Of a stretch of DNA of 64,000 bases, positions 19,234 through 28,575 are shown piece after piece. The first letter of the stretch is position 1; each line of letters opens with the position of its first letter. The notes beneath the pieces are model-generated. The model ran no database searches. It was not told where the DNA came from and saw only the letters and a program-made list of their open reading frames with translations. Position numbers and translations under genes: made by a program. The stretch lies in NCBI GenBank assembly GCA_965221695.1, contig OZ244905.1:2528001-2592000 (forward strand). The letters run 5' to 3'. The stretch is from Gammaproteobacteria bacterium. Lineage in GTDB: Bacteria; Pseudomonadota; Gammaproteobacteria; Eutrophobiales; Eutrophobiaceae.

Positions 19234-20997
19234 ATGACAGCCGAGATCGACCCCATAACCCTCTCCGTTGTGCAGGGCGCGCTGCAAGCAACCCAACGGG
19301 CTATGACCGCCACCATGGAAAAGACCGGACGTTCCAGCGTGTATGCAATAGCCAGAGATTATTCCAACGCCCTGTTCGATTGGGAAGCAAGGATGATCAT
19401 ACAGGGCGAGGACATTCCCACCCACCTCGGTTCAATGATTCTTGCTACCAAGGCGGTAGCCCGGTTTTTTGCGGGAGAAATCAATCCAGGAGATATCTAC
19501 CTGCACAATGACCCTACTTACGACGGTAGCCACCTGCCTGATATGTGCATGTACAAACCCCTATTCTTTGAGGATGAACTGGTCTTCTGGGTAGTAAGCA
19601 AGGGCCACATGGTGGATGTGGGCGGACCTGTGCCTGGCAGTTATAACCCCGAAGCGAAAGAGATTTTTGCAGAGGGACTACGTGTTCCGCCGATACGACT
19701 GGTTGACCGTGGTGAGCTGCGCCGTGACATATTGAATATGATCCTGACCAACTTTCGCTCGCGCAGGTTCCAGAGCGGCGATATGAATGCCCAACTGGGC
19801 GCTATTACACTAGGAGAACAACGCCTGACGGCCTTGTTGGAGCGTTACGGTAAGGCGACGATGAAGGCCTGCGTGGAAGCGTTACTGGATGCGGCGGAAG
19901 CGCATATGCGCGCAAAGATCCAAGCCTTGCCCGACGGCGCGTATCATTCCCGGGTTGTAGCGGAGGACACCGGTCATGGCCGTGGCGACCAGATTTTGGA
20001 AGCGGAGATCGAGGCGCTTGGAGATGAACTGAAGATCAGGCTCATGTCTCCTCCACAACTGGATTTTTTCACCAACTCGTACCGTTCAAATACCTTGTCC
20101 GGCGTCTATGCCGGATTGTTGATGTGGGCGCAGACACAACCGCCGTTCAACGAAGGATTATACCGCCCGGTCAGCGTGGATTTCGGACCTGAAGGGTCCA
20201 TGCTCAACGCCCGTGAACCTGCTCCTCATGTCAACTGCACCGGCGGGCCGCAAGAAACTATTTGCGACCTGATCCGTACTGGTCTTAATCAGATTGACTC
20301 GACACATGCCGTTGCCGGCTGGAACCATACCTGGGCTTTTAATATTGCCGGAACGCGCCCGGAAAATGACGAACCTTACCTGGACCTGTTGATATCGTCC
20401 TTAATCGGGGGTGCAGGCGCGGTTAACAACCTGGCCGATGGCTGGCATGCTATCGGCGCCCAGGCCGGTCTTGGCGGGGCGCAAATCGGCGATACCGAAC
20501 TGGTCGAACTTCTGGCGCCGATTATCGTGACAAGGCTGGAATTGGCAGTGGATTCCGGGATGCCAGGAAGGTGGCGCGGCGGATGCGGTCTGGTTACGGA
20601 GATAGAGCCCATCGATCATGACATGACAGTGATTGCCTGGGGAGAGGGCGCTCATCATCCTCCACCCTCTGTGGGCGAGGCGCGTTGCCACCCGGAGCTG
20701 GCAGGCCCCAAAGTGGCCCGGGGCTGGCATATCAGAGACGGTGAAATACTTCATGAAGTAAACCGCAACCAAGTATTGTCCATCAAACCGGGAGAGTGTT
20801 ATCGCAGCCAGACTTCCGGCGGCGGCGGCGCGGGAGATCCGTTTACGCGCCCGCCGGAAGCGGTGCGCGATGACGTGGTTAACAAAAAAGTGTCGCTGCA
20901 AGGCGCAAAACTGGAGTACGGAGTAAAACTGCATCCTGAGACATTTGAAATTGATTCTGCCGGCACCGCATTGTTACGAAGGGAAAAGAGAAAATGA
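19234..20997 (+). CDS. Hydantoinase B/oxoprolinase family protein
   Basis: DYSNALFD, PTHLGS, NDPTYDGSHLPD, HMVDVGG and GGGGAGDP motifs. Confidence 0.92.
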   Translation: MTAEIDPITLSVVQGALQATQRAMTATMEKTGRSSVYAIARDYSNALFDWEARMIIQGEDIPTHLGSMILATKAVARFFAGEINPGDIYLHNDPTYDGSHLPDMCMYKPLFFEDELVFWVVSKGHMVDVGGPVPGSYNPEAKEIFAEGLRVPPIRLVDRGELRRDILNMILTNFRSRRFQSGDMNAQLGAITLGEQRLTALLERYGKATMKACVEALLDAAEAHMRAKIQALPDGAYHSRVVAEDTGHGRGDQILEAEIEALGDELKIRLMSPPQLDFFTNSYRSNTLSGVYAGLLMWAQTQPPFNEGLYRPVSVDFGPEGSMLNAREPAPHVNCTGGPQETICDLIRTGLNQIDSTHAVAGWNHTWAFNIAGTRPENDEPYLDLLISSLIGGAGAVNNLADGWHAIGAQAGLGGAQIGDTELVELLAPIIVTRLELAVDSGMPGRWRGGCGLVTEIEPIDHDMTVIAWGEGAHHPPPSVGEARCHPELAGPKVARGWHIRDGEILHEVNRNQVLSIKPGECYRSQTSGGGGAGDPFTRPPEAVRDDVVNKKVSLQGAKLEYGVKLHPETFEIDSAGTALLRREKRK

Positions 20998-23060
20998 ATT
21001 ACCGTATCGGTGTTGACGCTGGTGGCACCTTTACGGATTTTGTCGCCCTAGCGGATGACGGTTCGATAATGGTTCATAAAACGCCGTCAGACCCGCTCAA
21101 TCCAGTCTCCGTGATGCTGAACGGATTGGCAGGACTGGCCGGCAAGGCCGATATGGCATTTCCGGACTTTATCGGTCGCTGCGCGGCGCTGGTGCATGGC
21201 AGCACTATCGCGCTGAATACCCTCATCCAACGTAACGGCGCCAGGACCGGACTGCTGGCGACTGTCGGTCACGAGGACTCCCTGGAGCTTAGGTTGGGCC
21301 ATAAGGAAGATGGCCATCGTTGGGACTTTCGTTATCCCCCGGCAGATATGATCGTGCCGGCGCAACGCCGCCTTGGGGTGAAGGAGCGTATGATTGCCGG
21401 CGGCAAGGTACGCATCCCGTTGGATGAAGCCCAACTGGAAGAACAACTGGAAAGAATGGCTCTGGAAGGGGTGGAGGCTCTTGCTATTTCCTGTCTTTGG
21501 TCTGTCGCTAATGACAGTCACGAAAGAAAAATTCTGGAGAAGGCAAGAAGTCGTCTGCCGGACTGCTTCGTCACCGCTTCGGTGGATGTCCTGCCCAGGC
21601 CAGGCGAATATACCCGCACCAGCACAACTGCGGCGAATGCCTATATAGGACCGATAATGGATCGCTATCTCTCAGAGATTGAAAACGCGCTTGTCCAGCA
21701 CGGTTATGTGGGCAGGTTGTATATTATGCAGTCCAACGGTGGTGTTGCCACGCCTGAGATAGTCAGGCAACGGCCGGTCACCGCGCTGAATTCGGGTCCG
21801 GCAGCGGGTCCGGTCTCGGCGCTCTGGTACGGGCGTGAACTGGGCCATGAAAACGTTATTTCCATTGATATGGGCGGCACCAGTTTCGACGTAAGTCTGG
21901 CGCGCAACGGCCTGCCGGATGTCATCGATAAGGCTGACGTTGCTCGTATCCGGGTTGGTTTGCCTATGGTTAACGTGACCAGTATCGGCGCCGGTGGTGG
22001 CAGTATTGCGCGCTTGGATGAACGCGGCATACTGCAAGTCGGCCCTGATAGCGCCGAGGCCAACCCGGGGCCAGCCTGTTATATGCGGGGCGGTACACAG
22101 CCGACAGTGACCGATGCGCTAGTAATGGCGGGTTACTTCCCGGATACTGGGCTGCTGGGTGGCAGGATGAAAATCGATAAAAACCTTGCCCACCAGGCAA
22201 TCCTGAAGCACATTGTCATACCCGCCGGTATCGACCTGTGCCGCGCCGCGCACGGAATTATCGAGGTCACCTCAAAAAATATGGTGGAAGGTATACGCAT
22301 TGCCTCCATTGAACGGGGCTATGATCCCCGGGATTACCTGCTGGTTGCTGGCGGCGGCGCTGGGCCTGCTTTCGCTGCCATGCTGGCTCGAGAACTTGGT
22401 ATTGAAAAAGTGTTGGTTCCAGCCACAGCCGGCGCGCTCTGCGCTATGGGCGAGGCGACTGCTAATCTGCGCTATGATGCCATTCGCGCCTGCCCCGCGC
22501 GCCTGGCCGAGCTGTCCATCGACCTGGTTGACCGCCTGTTTAACGATATGGAGGAAGAAGGAAAGTCAGCGCTGGGAGTAGGAAGGCGCGGCGCGGTGCG
22601 GGTCGAGCGCAGCGCGGAAATGAAATATGTGGACCAGATCCATTATTGTGACGTCCAAGCGCCCGTCGGCGCAATGGATGCGAACAAACTGACCCTGCTG
22701 CGAGAAAATTTTCACCGGCGACACAAAGAACTTTATACCTATTCGGAACCGGAAAATGAACCGGAAATCGTTTCTTTAAGAACCAGTATTGTCGTAGACA
22801 CTTCGGCGCCGACGTTTGCCCGAGGCGATACAGCAAGGCCTGAAGTAACGCTCAAACCGCAGGAGACCAGAAACGTGATCATGCCGGATACACGCGAATT
22901 CAGACCCACCCCCATTTACCGGAATATGGGACGCTCCGCTGGTTTTTCCCTTCAGGGTCCAGCCGTGATCGAAGAGGAGACCACGACTGTCTTTATTCCT
23001 CCAGGGGATACCGTTCGCTACGACCCGGCCGGTTATTACCTTCTCGAAGTTGGCAAGTGA
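20994..23060 (+). CDS. Hydantoinase A/oxoprolinase family ATP-binding subunit
   Basis: GVDAGGTFTD, DMGGTSFD, GAGGGSIA and GPACY..GG..PTVTDA; 4-nt overlap with the B subunit. Confidence 0.93.
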   Translation: MNYRIGVDAGGTFTDFVALADDGSIMVHKTPSDPLNPVSVMLNGLAGLAGKADMAFPDFIGRCAALVHGSTIALNTLIQRNGARTGLLATVGHEDSLELRLGHKEDGHRWDFRYPPADMIVPAQRRLGVKERMIAGGKVRIPLDEAQLEEQLERMALEGVEALAISCLWSVANDSHERKILEKARSRLPDCFVTASVDVLPRPGEYTRTSTTAANAYIGPIMDRYLSEIENALVQHGYVGRLYIMQSNGGVATPEIVRQRPVTALNSGPAAGPVSALWYGRELGHENVISIDMGGTSFDVSLARNGLPDVIDKADVARIRVGLPMVNVTSIGAGGGSIARLDERGILQVGPDSAEANPGPACYMRGGTQPTVTDALVMAGYFPDTGLLGGRMKIDKNLAHQAILKHIVIPAGIDLCRAAHGIIEVTSKNMVEGIRIASIERGYDPRDYLLVAGGGAGPAFAAMLARELGIEKVLVPATAGALCAMGEATANLRYDAIRACPARLAELSIDLVDRLFNDMEEEGKSALGVGRRGAVRVERSAEMKYVDQIHYCDVQAPVGAMDANKLTLLRENFHRRHKELYTYSEPENEPEIVSLRTSIVVDTSAPTFARGDTARPEVTLKPQETRNVIMPDTREFRPTPIYRNMGRSAGFSLQGPAVIEEETTTVFIPPGDTVRYDPAGYYLLEVGK

Positions 23061-23133
23061 GTATTGCTAACAGGCTGCGCGCCTTAGAAAATTGAACCTG
23101 TTTTATTTTACCGAGATTCGATAATATGATCCC

Positions 23134-24363
23134 ATGAAAATATCCATGTTCCACCTGATGCCCTACCGGGAGTTGCCGGAGGGGTTCGAGAAGACCTATC
23201 CTTCGTCCTGGTTCACGCTGCCTTTTCCCAAGGTGGCCGATGCCGGCAAGGCCGCCCAGTACTACAACTGGACCCTGGATGAGCTGCAATATGCCGCCGA
23301 AGCAGGGTTTGACGGTGTCTGCACCAACGAGCACCACCAGAACGCCTACGGTTTCATGGTCAACCCCAACATGATGGGTTCCGTGCTGGCGCGTGCGACC
23401 CGCGGAACCAACACTGCCATCATCCAGATGGGAGAGACGGCCGTTTTCCTCAATCCACCCATCCGCGTCGCCGAAGAATACGCGATGCTGGACTGCATCA
23501 GCGAAGGCCGCATGGTCGCCGGTTTCCCGGTGGGCCTGGGCGGTGATTTTGCCCACAGTTACGGTTTTGCGCCCATGGAACAACGGGGGCGTTACCGCGA
23601 GGCTCATGAACTGATCACAAAGGCCTGGCAGGCGGAAGAAGTGTTCTCCTGGAACGGCAAGTACTACCAGCTACCGATGGTCAGCGTCTGGCCTCGCCCG
23701 GTGCAAAAACCCCATCCGCCCATCTGGGTGCCGGGAAACGCCAGCCCCAGCACCTGGGATTTTGTGCTGAAAAATGATTATTGCTATTGCTACCTGACCT
23801 ATTTCGGGGCCAAAGGGGCGGACAAGACCGTCGGCGGCTACTGGAAGCGGGCCGCGGAACTGGGCCGGGACAACAACCCCTACCGGCTCGGCTACCTGAT
23901 CCCCGTCGGGGTCGCTGAGACCGACGCGGCCGCGGACGAGATTTACGCAAGACACATCGAATATTTCTACCACAAGCTGCTGCACATCCCCGAGGCGTTG
24001 TTCATGCCGCCCGGGCACATGACTCACAGCAGCTTGAGTTACCTGATTACTAAAAAGCCGTTGCCGCCATTCGACACGCTGAAAAAGAGCAGTTACAAGG
24101 ACTTCAAGGAGAACGAGTACCTGGTGACCGGCAGCGCCGCGAGTGTGACGGAGCAACTGCTGGGCATCGTCAAGCGCCTGCGGGTCGGCAACCTGATGCT
24201 GTTGCCGCATTTCGGCTCCATGTCTCACGAGGAGTCGATGGAAAATATCGGCCGGCTGGCCAACGATGTGCTGCCACACCTGCGCGGTGTCTGGGATGAC
24301 GAAGGTTGGGAAAACCACTGGTGGCCGGAAAACTGCAAACAAACCGTCCGGCAGGCGGCCTGA
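23134..24363 (+). CDS. Luciferase-like (LLM) flavin-dependent monooxygenase
   Basis: GFDGVCTNEHH, RVAEEYAMLDCISEGR and PRPVQKPHPPIW. Confidence 0.9.
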   Translation: MKISMFHLMPYRELPEGFEKTYPSSWFTLPFPKVADAGKAAQYYNWTLDELQYAAEAGFDGVCTNEHHQNAYGFMVNPNMMGSVLARATRGTNTAIIQMGETAVFLNPPIRVAEEYAMLDCISEGRMVAGFPVGLGGDFAHSYGFAPMEQRGRYREAHELITKAWQAEEVFSWNGKYYQLPMVSVWPRPVQKPHPPIWVPGNASPSTWDFVLKNDYCYCYLTYFGAKGADKTVGGYWKRAAELGRDNNPYRLGYLIPVGVAETDAAADEIYARHIEYFYHKLLHIPEALFMPPGHMTHSSLSYLITKKPLPPFDTLKKSSYKDFKENEYLVTGSAASVTEQLLGIVKRLRVGNLMLLPHFGSMSHEESMENIGRLANDVLPHLRGVWDDEGWENHWWPENCKQTVRQAA

Positions 24364-24374
24364 GCGAAAGCGCG

Positions 24375-25175
24375 ATGGCCGATATCCACAACAAAACCGT
24401 GTCCGTCCTGGGCGGGCTGCTCGACCTCAGGGTGGATGTCGCGGGTTCGGGCGAGCCACTGGTTTTCCTGCATGCCGCCAGCGGCTTGAACTGGGACCCG
24501 TTTCTGCACGGACTGGCTGAAAAGTATACGGTCTATGCGCCTTATTTTCCCGGCGCCTACCCCGGCGAACCGAATGATATAGACCATGTTGAAGACCTGT
24601 GGGACGCGGTATTGGCCTATGACGATATGCTCAGCGGACTGGGAATCGAATCAGCGCTTCTTATCGGCCATTCCTTCGGCGGCATGCTGGCCGCTGAACT
24701 GGCCGCGCACCGGCCCGAACGCATCAGCAGACTGGCGCTGATAGCGCCCATCGGCCTCTGGCACAAGGACTGGCCTTACACCGTCGCCGACTGGACTGCC
24801 AAGGACGCGCAACAACTGGCCGCCGCACTGTTCCACAACACCGCCTCCGAGCTGGTGCAGGCCGCACTGACCCAGCCCGATGACGAGGCCGAGGCCGCAG
24901 AGGGTCTGGTGCAATTCCTTTGGACCCTGGGCTGCACCGCCAAGGTGATCTGGCCCATCCCGGACAAGGGACTGAACAAACGCATCCACCGGATCAGCGC
25001 GCCCACCCTCGTGGTCTGGGGAGAAAACGACGCGTTAATTCCGCCCGCTTACGCGGAGATTTTTTCCACGTCCATCAAACAAGCCGAAACCTGCATGATC
25101 CCCAACTGCGGCCATGTTCCCCCCCTGGAACAACTGGACGCGCTCAACAACGCAGTAAACCGGTTCCTCGGTTAA
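24375..25175 (+). CDS. Alpha/beta hydrolase
   Basis: GHSFGG nucleophile elbow, WGENDALI and CGHVPPLEQ. Confidence 0.9.
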   Translation: MADIHNKTVSVLGGLLDLRVDVAGSGEPLVFLHAASGLNWDPFLHGLAEKYTVYAPYFPGAYPGEPNDIDHVEDLWDAVLAYDDMLSGLGIESALLIGHSFGGMLAAELAAHRPERISRLALIAPIGLWHKDWPYTVADWTAKDAQQLAAALFHNTASELVQAALTQPDDEAEAAEGLVQFLWTLGCTAKVIWPIPDKGLNKRIHRISAPTLVVWGENDALIPPAYAEIFSTSIKQAETCMIPNCGHVPPLEQLDALNNAVNRFLG

Positions 25176-25244
25176 CAACCAGACCCGAATCTCCACCTGA
25201 CCGAACTCTCTGGAGCAGGGGTGAAAACCCATAGGAAAATTTCA

Positions 25245-25275
25245 TTGACAATTCGGGAAAAAATCCCGATATTGC
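25245..25275 (+). promoter_or_regulatory. Putative promoter with a dyad in the spacer, upstream of the cupredoxin gene
   Basis: TTGACA (25245-25250) followed by TCGGGA-N5-TCCCGA (25253-25269). Confidence 0.35.
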
Positions 25276-25303
25276 AAACTTGCTTCTTGAAACTGGAGGG
25301 GAG

Positions 25304-25774
25304 ATGATGAAATTTCTTAAACTGGCGGTATTGACCCTGTTGTTGTGCGCAGCATCGCTATGGGCTGAAGAGAAGCGTCACGGCCCGTCGGCTATCGAGG
25401 TGAAAGTAAGCCTGGGCAACGCCGATGAAGAAATGAAGTTCATCCCGGACACCCTTTCCTTTGAACGGGGTAAATACTACAAACTGGTGTTGCACAATCC
25501 CAGTTCGGACGACCATTATTTTACCTCTGATGCCTTCACGACCCGCATCTTTACCAGGAAAGTGGAGGTTGCGGACAGTTCAGGCAAGACCGTCACGGAA
25601 ATCCACGGCGCGGTGTCCGATATAGAAGTCAAACCCGGCGCCACCGTCGAATGGTTCTTTTATCCGATGACCAAGGGCAGCAACCTGAAACTGTACTGCC
25701 ACAAAGACGGCCACGAACAACAAGGCATGGTCGGGACCATCAACATCAGCGGTCCGCCGCCATTCAGTAACTGA
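25304..25774 (+). CDS. Periplasmic cupredoxin (blue copper-type) protein
   Basis: Signal peptide; His (DDHYF) and C-x4-H-x4-M ligand loop YCHKDGHEQQGM. Confidence 0.82.
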   Translation: MMKFLKLAVLTLLLCAASLWAEEKRHGPSAIEVKVSLGNADEEMKFIPDTLSFERGKYYKLVLHNPSSDDHYFTSDAFTTRIFTRKVEVADSSGKTVTEIHGAVSDIEVKPGATVEWFFYPMTKGSNLKLYCHKDGHEQQGMVGTINISGPPPFSN

Positions 25775-25843
25775 TTACGTCTTCCCCTGAAGACAGACCT
25801 GACTGAAACAACAGATCCATTCCGGCAGGTTTGATACGTTTGA

Positions 25844-26017
25844 GCTGTGAATAGTGAAGTCGGCATTATGGCTGCCGAATTGGCGGATTTTCATGGCGAC
25901 CCGGCAGACCGGCTGATTGCAGCGACGGCCATTTGCAATTCAGCAACCCTGTTTACAGCCGATAAGAATATTCTGAGCTGGAAGGGAAATTTATTATGTC
26001 AAAATGCGGCGATCTAA
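25844..26017 (+). pseudogene. C-terminal fragment of a PIN-domain (VapC) toxin
   Basis: Translates ...AAELADFHGDPADRLIAATA...LFTADKNIL; in-frame TGA immediately upstream. Confidence 0.75.
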
Positions 26018-26400
26018 CTCGCCAGGGATGCCAGCGCTTCTGTTCGGTCCGAGCAGATGTGCATGTTCGCAACTAAACCGCCGACCGAGAAAACATTGTG
26101 CACGGGCTTGCTGAGTGAACACAAGCGGAATTGGCGGTCCTGCTTCTCCAACTCTTTGGCGGCGACCAGCGCTACGCGCAGCCCGGCGCTGCTGATGTAC
26201 GAGACCGCCTGCATGTCCAGAATCATCGCGCCGCTGCTTTCGCTGATCAGTTTGCGCATTGCCAATTCAAAGGCGATCGCATTGAAGTTATCGAGTCTCA
26301 TGGTCCCACCAAGACCCGGTGTCGCAATCGTTGCCGCCGCTTCGTGTTCCGCGTGCAGGTCCATTCCCGTTTCCTCCGGATTGCGCGCTTGTGAATTCAT
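26014..26400 (-). CDS. STAS-domain anti-sigma factor antagonist
   Basis: LDMQAVSYISSAGLRV phosphoacceptor motif. Confidence 0.85.
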   Translation of the reverse strand: MNSQARNPEETGMDLHAEHEAAATIATPGLGGTMRLDNFNAIAFELAMRKLISESSGAMILDMQAVSYISSAGLRVALVAAKELEKQDRQFRLCSLSKPVHNVFSVGGLVANMHICSDRTEALASLAS

Positions 26401-26415
26401 AATACAAACTCCTTA

Positions 26416-27792
26416 TCAGGTAGCGCTGCGATCGCCCGCAGTCACCAAATAGTTAGAGAAGGAGCCGAGTTTTTCGCATGTCTCCTCGTACTCCCGCGAT
26501 GGTTTGGACAGGTTCATGATGCCGGCGCCTGCTTGTAGCCAGGTCTTTTCCTTATTCCGGAAAAGTGTTCTGAGTACCAGCGCGCCGTCGAGCATACCGT
26601 TGTCGTCTGCTACGAAAACGCAGCCGCTGTAGAGCCGGCGAGGGGCAGGTTCCAGCCTTCCGATAGCATCTACAGCTTCCCGTTTCGGGACGCCGGATGC
26701 CGTCACCGCAGGGAACAGCGCGCAGAACGCATGCCATGGGTTGCAGCCGTCCAGCAGTTCGCCTTGCAGGCGGGACGCCAGGTGCTGCACCGTACCCCGT
26801 AGCGCAACGAGCATGAACTCCGTGACCCGGACCGTTTCCGGATCGCATACCATGGTCATCTCATCGAAGGAAAGGTATACGGAAATCGCATGCTCGGCGA
26901 TCTCCTTGGCGTCGCTGACAAGGTCTTCGCGCAGCCGCAGCGTCTCGGCGACATCGTTCGACATTGCGCGGGTACCTGCAAGAGGAGTCGTGAATACCTT
27001 GCCGTCATAGACTTCGACAACGGTTTCCGGACTCAGCCCGACCGCCCTGGCGCCGTCCAGGGACACGGCGTAGGAGCGCGCAGGCGTGTTTGCCGCCCGC
27101 GCCTTCAGATAACTTGCCGGCAGGTCAACATGCCCTGGCAGTTCCACGGGTCGAGAAAGAATCACCTTGCGATACTGGTGCGAGGTGATGTCCTTTAATG
27201 CGTTCGTGACCATATCCTCGTACTGGCGCTTGGATTCGGAGTCAACCACCGTCATATCCAGCGCCGGTCCTTTGACCCTGTCGCGAAGCGCCAAAGCTGC
27301 TCCGCTCCGGTCATCAACGGCCGCATTGAAGTCGGCGCGCAGCGAGTCGAGAGTGTCTGGATCCAGCGCCCGCAACAGAACCGACCCGGGCGTAAACCTT
27401 GCTTCGGCCTCGGGGATGAACATGCGCATCAGCGGCCGGTCCGCATCTGCCAGCGCCAGCCCGAAGAGGTGCCGAGACAACTCGAAATCCGCCACGCCAT
27501 AAACGCGCCAGTCAGCTATGTCGATCTGCGCCAATGCGGTCGCCACGGTACTGCCGAAATCCTCATTCGGAAAGCTCCGCTGGTCATCGGTAGTGTGCAG
27601 CACGGCCTTGTCTTCGTAGACCATCAGGTTGGCGTGGGAACCTAATCCGAGCATGATTTCCTGGTTGCACTCGTAGAGCAGGTGATGGTCACTCCACCGA
27701 TCTGCTTCGGCCATCAGGATAGCGGTTTCAATCGGGTCGCCGTCGAAGGGCAACCTCATCTCAAAATACGTGCGTGCGCCGGGCTTCGCCAT
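26416..27792 (-). CDS. Salicylate synthase (Irp9/MbtI-like MST enzyme)
   Basis: KVILSR, ANTPARSY, SPETV, PLAGT, KEIAEHAISV, RGTVQHLAS, FPAVTASGVPK and REYEETCEKL. Confidence 0.85.
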   Translation of the reverse strand: MAKPGARTYFEMRLPFDGDPIETAILMAEADRWSDHHLLYECNQEIMLGLGSHANLMVYEDKAVLHTTDDQRSFPNEDFGSTVATALAQIDIADWRVYGVADFELSRHLFGLALADADRPLMRMFIPEAEARFTPGSVLLRALDPDTLDSLRADFNAAVDDRSGAALALRDRVKGPALDMTVVDSESKRQYEDMVTNALKDITSHQYRKVILSRPVELPGHVDLPASYLKARAANTPARSYAVSLDGARAVGLSPETVVEVYDGKVFTTPLAGTRAMSNDVAETLRLREDLVSDAKEIAEHAISVYLSFDEMTMVCDPETVRVTEFMLVALRGTVQHLASRLQGELLDGCNPWHAFCALFPAVTASGVPKREAVDAIGRLEPAPRRLYSGCVFVADDNGMLDGALVLRTLFRNKEKTWLQAGAGIMNLSKPSREYEETCEKLGSFSNYLVTAGDRSAT

Positions 27793-28010
27793 AGTTTTTC
27801 CTTTTATCGTCTCCGATCGATAGTGGGACTCAGTGTAACACAGTTACAGTTTCAGCCAACCCATTTGCAACGCCCATTTGCAATGTGGCAACTTGTTTTA
27901 AGCCGATATGAATATAATGAACTGCAAGGAAAATTTATCATGTCACAATGTAGCGCCCTACTTGAAAGTCCAAACCTTGAGGCTATAATAATTATTCAGG
28001 TAGATTGATA

Positions 28011-28517
28011 ATGAACAAACAGCGTATTCTCTTGGATTTGGACCTGGAGCCGATCATCGTCAAAGCGATGGATGCGGACGAAGGTCATGGATGGTCTTTT
28101 GGATTTGCCGGCAGGGTCGCACAAGAATACCGCAAGTTTCTGGTTCTCTGTTTTGAAAACCCTGATGTGCCCGTCGTGCCTTCAAGTTATGTCGATGACT
28201 TCTGGCACCTGCACATACTTGACACACAAAAATATATGGAGGACTGCGAGCAGTTTTTGGGTTACATGTTGCATCACTTTCCTTATTTCGGAATGAGGGG
28301 TGAGGAGGATGCACATAATCTGCGCGTCGCATGGGAGAACACGCTGGCATTATATGAATCAACATTCGACGCATCCGCCCCCTCCGACCTATGGCCGAAA
28401 TCCAACCGTTGCCCCAATTGCGGGCGTCGTTGCAGAAAAGGGGACAATGGATTAATCAAACAGCCGTTCTTTGATGAACGAAGACCCAGACTAGCCGATG
28501 CGGGTCTTTCCTTATAG
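28011..28517 (+). CDS. Glycine-rich-domain (GRDP/DUF1399-like) protein
   Basis: EYRKFL, VPSSYVDDFWHLHILDT.KY..DC and LHHFP motifs; Cys-rich tail CPNCGRRC. Confidence 0.7.
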   Translation: MNKQRILLDLDLEPIIVKAMDADEGHGWSFGFAGRVAQEYRKFLVLCFENPDVPVVPSSYVDDFWHLHILDTQKYMEDCEQFLGYMLHHFPYFGMRGEEDAHNLRVAWENTLALYESTFDASAPSDLWPKSNRCPNCGRRCRKGDNGLIKQPFFDERRPRLADAGLSL

Positions 28518-28575
28518 TTACGGGCAATAATATATTGGCTAATTATGTAGCAGCCGTCTGAGCCGGTAGACAGAT

